From Candidatus Poribacteria bacterium (GTDB lineage: Bacteria; Poribacteria; WGA-4E; PCPOR2b), in contig OZ220744.1 of assembly GCA_965116925.1 (NCBI GenBank), positions 2,368,001-2,432,000 on the forward strand: a stretch of 64,000 bases of DNA, written 5' to 3'. Numbering within the stretch: the first letter of the stretch is position 1; every line of letters begins with the position of its first letter. The translations under genes and the position numbers were made by a program. The notes under the pieces were generated by a model. The model did no database searches. It had not been told where the DNA came from and saw only the letters and a program-made list of their open reading frames with translations. Shown here piece after piece: positions 30,214 through 39,217 of this stretch.

Positions 30214-31116
30214 ATGAAGTGGTCCCCCCGTGTAAAGCCTACCAAAATCCGCCGTCTCTACCGCGCCGCTCGGCTGGGTCTCTACGATGACGATCTGTTA
30301 CAGACTGTCGGTTGGGAGCTCTATGGTCGTTGTGCTGACATCGCAGCGGTCGCCGATGTTTACCGAGACGGACTGGTTCCCTGCCCCCAATGCAGCACAA
30401 AGATAAAGCGTCGAATTGATCCACTATTTCGCTCTAGCGACGGTGGTACGCACGAAAACTGGTTTCATTGCCCGCCCTGTACGCAACGACTGCTCTGGCG
30501 CGACTGTCGTGAATCCCTCCGTGAAAGTCCGCGCTGTTTCGATTGTTATGCCCTACTGGAGGGCGCAGAGGAGTTGCAGTGCCGTTGCGGTAGAGTGTGG
30601 GATCGAAAAGCCTACCATCGGTCGGTGAGAACCCGCGTCCGCCTGCCTTGCCCCCACTGCGGCCTGATGATACGCAAACCATCTTTTGAAGTGACCGAGC
30701 GAGTCGTCAGACACCGACGGTCTCGCCCTGAAATAGAATGCCCTAAATGCCAAGCAGTCGCGTTGCATGTGCGCGGCAATATCGAGTGTACCGCCTGCGG
30801 CTACAAACGGCGATGGCGGGATTACCGCAAAAGCCTGAAAAAGCGAGATGAAAGACTTGAGTGTGCAAGCTGTGGGCACAGCTTTAGATGGCAGGCATGG
30901 CGTAAAAGTGCCAGGTCCTTGAGAACCGGTAATCCGAGTCCGGCGCGTGAATTCGTTGAACGATGGCCCAAATGCCGCACCCCAAAAGCCCGCATGATCC
31001 AGATTGATCGCTTGCTGCAAGCACTGCACGGCCGGGGGGCGTTAGCACCCCTGTTCATTGTTGGCAATGCGCGCAATATCCGCCAAATGCTCGATGAGTT
31101 CGCCTCACAGGTTTGA
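30214..31116 (+). CDS. Arg-rich multi zinc-ribbon protein of unknown function
   Basis: CPQC, CPPC, CFDC, CRC, CPHC, CPKC, CTAC, CASC. Confidence 0.75.
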   Translation: MKWSPRVKPTKIRRLYRAARLGLYDDDLLQTVGWELYGRCADIAAVADVYRDGLVPCPQCSTKIKRRIDPLFRSSDGGTHENWFHCPPCTQRLLWRDCRESLRESPRCFDCYALLEGAEELQCRCGRVWDRKAYHRSVRTRVRLPCPHCGLMIRKPSFEVTERVVRHRRSRPEIECPKCQAVALHVRGNIECTACGYKRRWRDYRKSLKKRDERLECASCGHSFRWQAWRKSARSLRTGNPSPAREFVERWPKCRTPKARMIQIDRLLQALHGRGALAPLFIVGNARNIRQMLDEFASQV

Positions 31117-32460
31117 GTTGAGGGAAGTGATAGTTGGTTCCGCCCGGATAAACTCGCCTTCCAACGCCGTCAACTCCATTGGCAAAATCTGATTCACCGC
31201 CGAATCAGGCGCATCCATCAACACCCGCAGATAATTCTCCGTAAACCCCGCTAGATGCCCGTCCGCACCTTCGCGGCTCTCCTCAACCAATACGTTCATC
31301 GTCTTGCCTAACATGCGTTCCCGAAATTCAACACCGAGTCGCTTTCCCAACGCGATCATCGCTTTGCTGCGTTCGGCGGAGACGTGGGGTGGTACGTGAT
31401 CCGCGTAATCCGCTGCGGGGGTGCCACGTCGGGGGGAGTAGCGGAAAACGTGTAACTGACTGAAACCGATTTCTTCGACAAATTGTAGCGAGTCCTCAAA
31501 ATCGGAATCGGTTTCGCCCGGAAAGCCGACCATGATATCGGTAGTGATTCCAACATCCGTGAACGAGATGCGGAGTTTTTCGACAAGGCGCGAAAATTCT
31601 GTTCTTGTATAGCGACGGCGCATTTGACGCAAAGTCTTATCGCTGCCTGCCTGTAACGGTAGATGGAAGTGGGGCATACACTTGGGCAGTGCTGCCATCC
31701 GATCGACCAGATCGGGTGGAAAATTCATCGCCTCAATCGAACTGAAGCGGATGCGCTCCACTCCCTCAATGGGGTGAATGTGTTCTAGAATGTCTGCAAT
31801 AGTTATCTGACGACCGCTATCCAGTCCATAAGCCCCCAGATGGACGCCGGTGATAACGATTTCCTTGTATCCGTTTGCGACGATCTGTTCCGCTTCTTGC
31901 ACGATGTGGGGTAGAGGACGGCTCGTCATGCGTCCACGGACGTAGGGGATAATGCAGTAGGTACAGAAGGCACTGCATCCGTCCTGCACCTTAATGAGCG
32001 CGCGTGTGTGCTTGCCCGCTTCACTCACCGACATACTGAAATTTGCGTGTTCGCGGACGGCGTCATGATGGGCAGGTTCAATCTGCAACAACGGTGAGCG
32101 ATCCTTTTCTTTCCATGATTCGTGAACCAGATCCAGATACTTCTGAAGATCCGCCTTCTCACGATTACCGAAGACGAGTGAGACGCCCGGAATCGCCTCA
32201 ATTGCCTCCCGATCACTTTCAGCGTAACAACCCGTGACGAAGACTTCGGTATCGGGATTTTTCCGAACGGCTCGCCGGATGACTTGACGGGCTTTTTGGT
32301 CTGCGGCATTTGTCACGGTGCAGGTGTTGATGATGCAAACGTCCGCGGGGGTGTTCTCTCCTACGACGGTATATCCGTTACGAAGCATCACCTCCTGCAT
32401 CGCTTGTGTGTCGTATTGGTTCACCTTGCATCCCAAGGTGATGAGTGCCGCTGTTGGCAT
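31105..32460 (-). CDS. mtaB: tRNA threonylcarbamoyladenosine methylthiotransferase MtaB
   Basis: TLGCKVNQYD, INTCTVT, KVQDGCSAFCTYCIIPYVRG. Confidence 0.92.
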   Translation of the reverse strand: MPTAALITLGCKVNQYDTQAMQEVMLRNGYTVVGENTPADVCIINTCTVTNAADQKARQVIRRAVRKNPDTEVFVTGCYAESDREAIEAIPGVSLVFGNREKADLQKYLDLVHESWKEKDRSPLLQIEPAHHDAVREHANFSMSVSEAGKHTRALIKVQDGCSAFCTYCIIPYVRGRMTSRPLPHIVQEAEQIVANGYKEIVITGVHLGAYGLDSGRQITIADILEHIHPIEGVERIRFSSIEAMNFPPDLVDRMAALPKCMPHFHLPLQAGSDKTLRQMRRRYTRTEFSRLVEKLRISFTDVGITTDIMVGFPGETDSDFEDSLQFVEEIGFSQLHVFRYSPRRGTPAADYADHVPPHVSAERSKAMIALGKRLGVEFRERMLGKTMNVLVEESREGADGHLAGFTENYLRVLMDAPDSAVNQILPMELTALEGEFIRAEPTITSLNSNL

Positions 32461-32485
32461 TTTCGTTCTCCTTCGATGGCTTAAT

Positions 32486-33280
32486 TCAACATTCGGAGGG
32501 CTTCAGTGCATTTTTGCCGAAAATCACCGGGAACGTCTCGCCCGTTGTTACATGTTTTGTCGCTGCATCCATATAAGCAGCACTGAATGCGCGTCGCTGT
32601 TTTCCCGTTGGATTTACCCCGGAACGGTGTAGCAGGAGGTTATTCAGCAGGACGACTTCGCCCTCTTCCACCTCCAAATCGATGGCATTTTCCTCCAACT
32701 GATATTTTTCGGCCTCCGCTTCGGTAGCGAAATGTCCCTCATTTATCACGCCGTGTTTGTGGATACCGGGCACGATTTGCATACAACCGTTTTCTACTGT
32801 TGCGTCGTCTAACGCCATCCAGACGGTAATAATTGGGTTGCGGTCTAGTCCCCAGCCTACCCCAACATCTTGATGCCACGGTAGGACAGTGCCTTGATTG
32901 GCAGGTTTATTCATAAACATCGCCCGGTAGATCGACACATCTTCGCCGATGTAACGCCGTGTGATGTCACGCAGGAGTGGGTGCTGCATGTAGGAGAGGA
33001 ACAAGGGGTCTTGCTCAAGGTCCATAATCTTCCGGTATTGAAGTGTCGCGCCCTTGTGTCCCACACTCTCTGGAGGTGCTTCACGGTAGACACCGGTGGT
33101 GCTATCGAGTTGGAACCGCATATTGTCGTAGGGTATAATCCCCAGCATAATGTCATCAATCCGTTGCTGCAACGCAGCTAACTCTTTCTTTGATAGGAGG
33201 TGTCCGAGTCTCACGTACCCCTCCTCCATAAACTGAGTGTGTTCTTGACCCCCAAATTTAACAGGTGACTTTGTTGACAT
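32486..33280 (-). CDS. PhyH family dioxygenase
   Basis: PWHQD, WMALDDATVENGCM, LHRSGVN. Confidence 0.9.
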   Translation of the reverse strand: MSTKSPVKFGGQEHTQFMEEGYVRLGHLLSKKELAALQQRIDDIMLGIIPYDNMRFQLDSTTGVYREAPPESVGHKGATLQYRKIMDLEQDPLFLSYMQHPLLRDITRRYIGEDVSIYRAMFMNKPANQGTVLPWHQDVGVGWGLDRNPIITVWMALDDATVENGCMQIVPGIHKHGVINEGHFATEAEAEKYQLEENAIDLEVEEGEVVLLNNLLLHRSGVNPTGKQRRAFSAAYMDAATKHVTTGETFPVIFGKNALKPSEC

Positions 33281-33316
33281 GGATAGAATCTCCCTTCGGT
33301 TTATGTAAAAAAAAGA

Positions 33317-34126
33317 TCAAAACTCTTGTGCCTCTGCTTGTTTCGGCGGCATCACAATAATTTCGATTCGACGATTTCGTGCTCTTCCTTCGCGGGTTTT
33401 ATTTGTTTCGATTGGACGGTAGTAGGCATAGCCAACCGCTGCCAAACGGGCGGGATCCACACCAGCGCGCGTTTGTAGATAACGGACGGCAGAGATCGCT
33501 CGTTGCGTGGATAGGTCCCAATTGTTTAAGACTGAACCTCTGAATGGGACATTGTCGGTATGACCTTCAACGCGAATCTCTCGATCTGGAAAACGGTTTA
33601 AGAAAGTCTGAGCGATCTTGTCCAAGACACGTTTTCCAGCAGCTTTAACGTCGGCCTTTCCGGAGTCGAAGAGAATTTTATCCATTAGATTGACGGTTAA
33701 TTGTCCTTGGAGCATGGTGATAGTAATTTCTTTCGCTTCGATCTCTTTTTGGAGTTCCTCTCGGAGATCTCGGAATTCTTCCTCTTTCCGTTTTAGTTCC
33801 TCTTGTCTACGTTGCTTCTCTGCAAGAAGTTTTGTCGCCTCCGCTTCCGCTTTTGCTTTGGCTTCATTCAAATTGGTTGCACGTTCTTGTACCTCGTCGA
33901 TTGTGTCCTCTAGGAGGTCAATCTTGTTTTTCTTTGCATCGAGTTCTGCTTGGGTTGTAGTCAATTCATTTTGTAACTGTTCAGACTTTTTTTGGTAGGT
34001 AATCCGACTTTCCTGTTCTGCTTCAAAGTTATTCTTAAATTTGAATATGTAGTAGCTCATAATGGTGACAAGTAGGAGCAAGATAACCCCTGCGATGCCG
34101 CCAATGAGATACAGTTGTCTTTTCAT
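33317..34126 (-). CDS. OmpA/MotB-family protein (TM anchor, coiled coil, peptidoglycan-binding domain)
   Basis: ILFDSG, VEGHTDN, NWDLS..RA, NRRIEI. Confidence 0.88.
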   Translation of the reverse strand: MKRQLYLIGGIAGVILLLLVTIMSYYIFKFKNNFEAEQESRITYQKKSEQLQNELTTTQAELDAKKNKIDLLEDTIDEVQERATNLNEAKAKAEAEATKLLAEKQRRQEELKRKEEEFRDLREELQKEIEAKEITITMLQGQLTVNLMDKILFDSGKADVKAAGKRVLDKIAQTFLNRFPDREIRVEGHTDNVPFRGSVLNNWDLSTQRAISAVRYLQTRAGVDPARLAAVGYAYYRPIETNKTREGRARNRRIEIIVMPPKQAEAQEF

Positions 34127-34304
34127 TCGTCTCTTACTCCCTTATCCTTGCTTTCATTAGCTAATATGTGTTGGTTTCCCAGTTTCGGTTCAACCCAACC
34201 TATAACACTAGGAGCACGTCCTACTAGAATAGACACCAACTTGGATTATAATAGTAGCATAATGTGGGTTAAATCTCAATAAATTTTCTCTGTGCAGAAA
34301 GTGA

Positions 34305-34332
34305 TTGACACTTTGAATAGCTTTGCTATAAT
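34305..34332 (+). promoter_or_regulatory. sigma70-type promoter
   Basis: TTGACA-16-TATAAT with TGn. Confidence 0.65.
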
Positions 34333-34379
34333 TAAGTTTATACGGAATTTTGAATGTTTGTCCCGTCGGAGGTTCACCG

Positions 34380-35183
34380 ATGAGAACACTCCCGTTTTTT
34401 CTCCTGATTTTCGTCCTTTTTTTGAATTGCCAGCCTGCTGAGAAGCAGCCAGAGCGGAAAGAGAAATTGAGTCGTGAGGCGACGCGGCTTAGGTTGGGCA
34501 TGGCACTCACGCCGGAAGATCCGACCGGGTATTTGGAACTCGGCGAAGTCTACCACGAAATGGGAGAGTATGAGAAAGCGATTGAGCAATTTCAGGAGGC
34601 GTTGGCAATTGATGAGGAGAATGCACAAGTGCACAACGCGCTCGGTTTAGTCTATATAGATATGCTACTAACGGGTCCGGCGATTGAAGCATTTCAAAAG
34701 GCGACCGACCTCTCCGCCGATAATCCAGCTTTCCTCAACAATCTGGCTTATGCTTATGACACCGCGGATCAGTTTGGTGAGGCGATCGAAACATATCGCA
34801 AGGCAATTGAGGCTGACTCAACCTTTCAAGATGCATACTTCAATCTGGCGGGTGCTTATCATGCGCGCGATCAATTTGAGGAGGCGATAAGCTATTATCA
34901 GCAAGCCATTGCATTAGATGAAAGTGATCCAGACGCACATTATAACCTCGCACACGCCTATCAAGAGACGGAGCAGTTTGATCACGCCCTCCGTGCATAC
35001 GAAACGGCTCAATCGCTTAACCCGGAGGATACGGAGGTATACTACCACCTCGCGCGGATGTACGAAAAGCGGGGGGACCGCCTCACGATGAAACGCTATT
35101 TGGATATCTTCCTAGAACGCGCGGCGGATTTACCGCAATTTCAAGATGAGATTGAGGTTGCCAAACAGATGTCGGATCAGTAG
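34380..35183 (+). CDS. TPR-repeat protein, probable lipoprotein
   Basis: Hydrophobic leader ending FLNC; ~6 TPR repeats. Confidence 0.88.
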   Translation: MRTLPFFLLIFVLFLNCQPAEKQPERKEKLSREATRLRLGMALTPEDPTGYLELGEVYHEMGEYEKAIEQFQEALAIDEENAQVHNALGLVYIDMLLTGPAIEAFQKATDLSADNPAFLNNLAYAYDTADQFGEAIETYRKAIEADSTFQDAYFNLAGAYHARDQFEEAISYYQQAIALDESDPDAHYNLAHAYQETEQFDHALRAYETAQSLNPEDTEVYYHLARMYEKRGDRLTMKRYLDIFLERAADLPQFQDEIEVAKQMSDQ

Positions 35184-35232
35184 TAGGGCTGTTAGTCGAT
35201 TCATGTGAATGATTACAAGGATTTACAGGTAG

Positions 35233-36153
35233 ATGTTAGACAATCTCTCCAAGCTGATCACCGAGCAAAAAAATCCGAACTCGGTCGATATTGACCTCAA
35301 ATCAACGGAAGATATTTTGCGAGTCTTTCACGAGGAGGATCGGAAAGCCCTTGCGGCTGTTGAAGCTGAATCCGTATCTATCGCGCAAGGAATAACCCTC
35401 ATCACAGAAGCATTTCGTCTAGGTGGACGGCTTTTTTATATCGGTGCGGGGACAAGTGGTAGGCTTGGTGTCCTTGATGCGTCCGAATGCCCACCGACGT
35501 TTAGCACGCCGCCCAGTATGGTACAGGGAATTATCGCCGGTGGGGACCGGGCGTTGCGTCGCTCTGTTGAGGCTGCGGAGGATAAGCCTGACGTTGGGGC
35601 ACAAGCCGTGCGAGATAACGGTGTAGCCGATCAGGATGTAGTGGTTGGCATTGCTGGTAGCGGTCGCACGCCTTATGTGCTTGGCGCGTTGGAGGAAGCG
35701 CATCGAATCGGTGCCAAGACCATTTTCCTGTGCTGCACCCCGCCTGCTGATAACCTGAAAGCATTTGTAAATGTCTTTATCGTGCCGGTGGTTGGACCGG
35801 AGATTATCACTGGTTCAACACGACTCAAAGCTGGGACAGCGACGAAGTTGGTACTAAACACCCTCACCACTGTCTCGATGATTCAGATTGGTAAAGTTTA
35901 CAACAACTTGATGGTTGATATTCAGGCATCAAACGCAAAACTTGTTGATCGCGCGGCGCGTATTATTATGGAGATTGCGGATGTGGATTATGCGATGGCA
36001 CAGACGGCATTGGAATGCGCCGGTGGCAGCGCGAAGGTTGCAATTGTCATGCTTGTGAGAGGAGTCGATCAAGAGGAAGCGGTTGCGTTATTGGAGGAAA
36101 ACGATGGTTTTCTCCGACGGGTGTTGGAAGATATTTCGTACCTCGGGGGATAA
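35233..36153 (+). CDS. murQ: N-acetylmuramic acid 6-phosphate etherase
   Basis: GAGTSGRLGVLDASECPPTF, GPEIITGSTRLKAGTA. Confidence 0.96.
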   Translation: MLDNLSKLITEQKNPNSVDIDLKSTEDILRVFHEEDRKALAAVEAESVSIAQGITLITEAFRLGGRLFYIGAGTSGRLGVLDASECPPTFSTPPSMVQGIIAGGDRALRRSVEAAEDKPDVGAQAVRDNGVADQDVVVGIAGSGRTPYVLGALEEAHRIGAKTIFLCCTPPADNLKAFVNVFIVPVVGPEIITGSTRLKAGTATKLVLNTLTTVSMIQIGKVYNNLMVDIQASNAKLVDRAARIIMEIADVDYAMAQTALECAGGSAKVAIVMLVRGVDQEEAVALLEENDGFLRRVLEDISYLGG

Positions 36154-36160
36154 ACTTTTT

Positions 36161-36251
36161 GGCTCATGTGAAGAAATTGTGCAAAGAAACCGAGTTTTGC
36201 GGAAAAAATTCGGTTTCTCCTAGCGTTTTGCACTTTCTTTTTATATGAACC
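36161..36251. mobile_element. MITE family A with 8-bp TSD AACTTTTT
   Basis: GGCTCATG...TATGAACC; AACTTTTT on both sides; core GAAACCGAGTTTT..AAAATTCGGTTTC. Confidence 0.85.
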
Positions 36252-36274
36252 AACTTTTTATCAGGAGACATAAT

Positions 36275-37039
36275 ATGCAAAATATCATCGCATGTAATTT
36301 GAATAGCTATGGACAGTTTAGTGAAGGTGCGTATGCACATCTTGCACAGATTGGGTTGACGAACGTTGAGATCGCTGCGCCTGCGCCGGGAGATGTCGAT
36401 AACGTGCTGGCTGAGTTGAAGTCCCACGGACTTACAGCAACCAGCGTTGCTGCGGGTTGCAATGTTCAGGATGAAAACGTTGTTTCGGACTTTCAGGCGT
36501 GCTTGGACGCGGCAGACCGAATCGGCGTGAAGGTCATCTTTACCAGTGCCCACGCCGGGGACCATGATCGAAATGTCATCTATGAACGGCTGAGGGGGAT
36601 TGGTGAGAATGCCGCACCGCTGGGGATCAAGGTCTGTTTGGAAACGCATCTCGATCTGGCGCACAACGCTGATGTCGCGCTCGAAACGATGCAGGGAGTC
36701 AATCACCCGAATATCTGTATTAACTTCGACACGGGCAATGTGTATTTCTACAACCGTAACGTCACTGCTGTTGGAGAACTTAGGAAGATTATCAAGCATG
36801 TCGGTGCGGTTCATCTCAAGGATACCAACGGTGGGTATCGGACGTGGCACTTTCCCGCGCTCGGTGAGGGCGTGGTTGATTTCAAAGGCGTGTTTCAGAT
36901 CTTGAACGATGCTGGATTCTATGGTCCCTGCGCGATGGAGTTGGAAGGGATCGAAGGCGAAGATATTGATGAGGCGGGGGTACAAGCACGCATGGAGCAG
37001 TCTGTGACTTATCTCAAGGGTATTGGAATAATGGATTAG
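36275..37039 (+). CDS. Sugar phosphate isomerase/epimerase (xylose isomerase-like TIM barrel)
   Basis: LETH, NFDTGN, VHLKD, LGEGVVDF, ELE. Confidence 0.88.
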   Translation: MQNIIACNLNSYGQFSEGAYAHLAQIGLTNVEIAAPAPGDVDNVLAELKSHGLTATSVAAGCNVQDENVVSDFQACLDAADRIGVKVIFTSAHAGDHDRNVIYERLRGIGENAAPLGIKVCLETHLDLAHNADVALETMQGVNHPNICINFDTGNVYFYNRNVTAVGELRKIIKHVGAVHLKDTNGGYRTWHFPALGEGVVDFKGVFQILNDAGFYGPCAMELEGIEGEDIDEAGVQARMEQSVTYLKGIGIMD

Positions 37040-37071
37040 ATGCGCCTCTGCGGCGAATTGCTAGAAAAGTG

Positions 37072-37100
37072 TTGACACAACGCAGTCGAGTCGGTAAAAT
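37072..37100 (+). promoter_or_regulatory. sigma70-type promoter
   Basis: TTGACA-17-TAAAAT. Confidence 0.55.
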
Positions 37101-37152
37101 CAGCGACAATTTTTGGTACGGTTTTATTCATCTTAACGTAAGTTGCTACACT

Positions 37153-37300
37153 GGTTACGGCACGCGGATGAAGATTAATTTATTAATTGGGTAATTTCCG
37201 AGCGACGCCGGCGCGGTTGCAAACCGCGCCTACCATATGTTTCGAGGAAAATCGGGATTACCGATTTAAATACTTAAACTTCATGAGCGTGCCTACTACT
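37153..37300. repeat. Nested inverted-repeat element
   Basis: Split copy of the GGCAC-GTGCCTACTAC hairpin enclosing ATGAAG..CTTCAT, GGTAAT..ATTACC and GGCGCGGTT..AACCGCGCC. Confidence 0.7.
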
Positions 37301-37322
37301 ATGGGAGGGGAGGAATGAGTAG

Positions 37323-38123
37323 ATGGCTGATGCACTACCGCTTATTGCATATCCAGATTTAGAGAGTCGGGTGAAGGCTGTGGAGGAAGATGGCTTTGTC
37401 TATTTCCCTGGGGTTCTCAACGCCGATGAGATTGCTGAACTGCGAGATGCCATGGATCGGTTGACGCAGATACCGGAAAGTTTCGATAGACACAATACCC
37501 CTGAAAACGGTGGTTTTCTCAATAAACATATCAACAATGCGTTCAATCGGGATGTCGTTTTTCTGCAATATCTTGATAAGCCGGAGATTATTGAGTTGGA
37601 GGAAGCGATCCACGGCGAGGATTGCCATGTTATTGGAATGACAGCGTGGACGACGGGTCCCGGGCGTCCGGATCAGGGTTTACATACTGATTGGCTGCCG
37701 ATTAGCCTACCGGCGGATGTGTTAGCGGATCCGCGGGTGAAGGTTCCAATTTTTATCACCACTGCCCATTTTTATCTTGATGACCTATACGAAGAATTGG
37801 GACCGACGAAGTTTATCCCGGGGAGTCATCAGGCGGGACGCAGCCCAAACGGCGATGTTGAGTATCAGGGTGTTGGAGATCACAGTATCCTGTGTAATGC
37901 CGGCGATGTTGTTGTTTTCCGAAGCGAGGTTTGGCACCGTGGATCGGCGAATACGAGCGATCAGGACCGGTATCTATTGCAGGTGCATTACGCGAAGCGG
38001 ATGATTACACAGAAGTTTCCGCCCTATCTCAACAAGTTTCAGTTTGACGATGTGATTCTCTCGCAGGCAACGCCGCGACAGCGCCGGCTGCTTGGTGACC
38101 ATCGACCAAGTAATTATGATTGA
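37323..38123 (+). CDS. PhyH family dioxygenase
   Basis: LHTD, GPTKFIPGSH, WHRGSAN. Confidence 0.88.
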   Translation: MADALPLIAYPDLESRVKAVEEDGFVYFPGVLNADEIAELRDAMDRLTQIPESFDRHNTPENGGFLNKHINNAFNRDVVFLQYLDKPEIIELEEAIHGEDCHVIGMTAWTTGPGRPDQGLHTDWLPISLPADVLADPRVKVPIFITTAHFYLDDLYEELGPTKFIPGSHQAGRSPNGDVEYQGVGDHSILCNAGDVVVFRSEVWHRGSANTSDQDRYLLQVHYAKRMITQKFPPYLNKFQFDDVILSQATPRQRRLLGDHRPSNYD

Positions 38124-38270
38124 GAGGTGTTCAGGCGTTAGGTGAATAGAGGTTGGAAGGGAAGGATGGGAGCGTTCCTGCGATTCTGATCTTTTTACGT
38201 TTTACATGGTGCGTCCAACCTGAAGCGTGGCTTAGAATGTGGAACGTAGGAGCAAGAAGCGCGAGGAGCA

Positions 38271-39167
38271 ATGGATCGAAAATCTAAAATCGCAGCCGAC
38301 CAACCGAGTGCCAAGATTATCGCATTGGTATTGTTGCTTGGCTTGCTTTGGGGTGGGAACTCGGTTTCGATTAAAATCGGCTTGCAGGATGTTCCGCCGT
38401 TTGCACTTGCGACGATGCGTTTTCTCCTCGGATTTGCTGCGATTACGCTGTGGTCATTACATCAGCGGGTTCAGCTCCGAATGAATCCGGGCGAGTTGCT
38501 CCCACTACTCTTTGTGTCGCTGATTTTCACGCTGCAGATTAGCACGCTGAATCTCGGAACGCAGATCACAGAGGCGTCACGCTCGACGGTTTTTATCAGC
38601 ACATACCCGTTTTTTACTGCATTGTTCGCGCATTTCTGGGTGCCGGGGGATCGGCTCTCATTCAGGAAAACAGTAGGGATTACCCTTGCGTTCGGTGGTG
38701 TCCTACTGACTTTCGGGGGCAATCTAAAATTTGACTCGCAGGATTACCTGCGTGGGGACCTGATTGTCCTGTTGAGCGGTTGTCTGTTAGGACTTCGGAC
38801 GGTCGTCACCAAACTCATCATCCAGTCCATCCATCCTTATCGGCTACTATTCTGGTTGATGATTTTCAGCGTCCCATGTTTTGTTATTTCGAGTTTGTTC
38901 TTAGAGAGGGGTGCGAACTTTCGCTTTTCGGTTTCCGGTGTGAGCGCAATTTTCTATCAGGGCATCGTGATTGCTGGGTTCTGCTTTGTCTCTTGGACCT
39001 CGATCCTTGAAAAGTATAGTCCGAGCCGGTTAGTTGTCCTGTTCTTTCTGACGCCGTTGTTTGGGGTGTTTTTAAGCTATCTGCTTTTGGGCGATGAGAT
39101 TGGTTTCGGGTTGGTTGTCGGCGCCTGCTTGGTCGCTTATGGCATTTATCTTGTCAACAAGAATTGA
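38271..39167 (+). CDS. DMT/EamA family transporter
   Basis: ~10 TM segments, LWG.N, P..LA..RF, LTPLFG. Confidence 0.9.
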   Translation: MDRKSKIAADQPSAKIIALVLLLGLLWGGNSVSIKIGLQDVPPFALATMRFLLGFAAITLWSLHQRVQLRMNPGELLPLLFVSLIFTLQISTLNLGTQITEASRSTVFISTYPFFTALFAHFWVPGDRLSFRKTVGITLAFGGVLLTFGGNLKFDSQDYLRGDLIVLLSGCLLGLRTVVTKLIIQSIHPYRLLFWLMIFSVPCFVISSLFLERGANFRFSVSGVSAIFYQGIVIAGFCFVSWTSILEKYSPSRLVVLFFLTPLFGVFLSYLLLGDEIGFGLVVGACLVAYGIYLVNKN

Positions 39168-39217
39168 GCATTAGCGTATAAAAACAGGGGAGCGAAATTC
39201 CAAATCGGGAGGGGTGT

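Noticed and set aside
33317..34126. Flagellar stator MotB
   Set aside because: No motA or flagellar genes nearby and no conserved TM aspartate motif.
36164..36985. 273-aa minus-strand ORF
   Set aside because: Antisense to the epimerase gene and ends inside a MITE.
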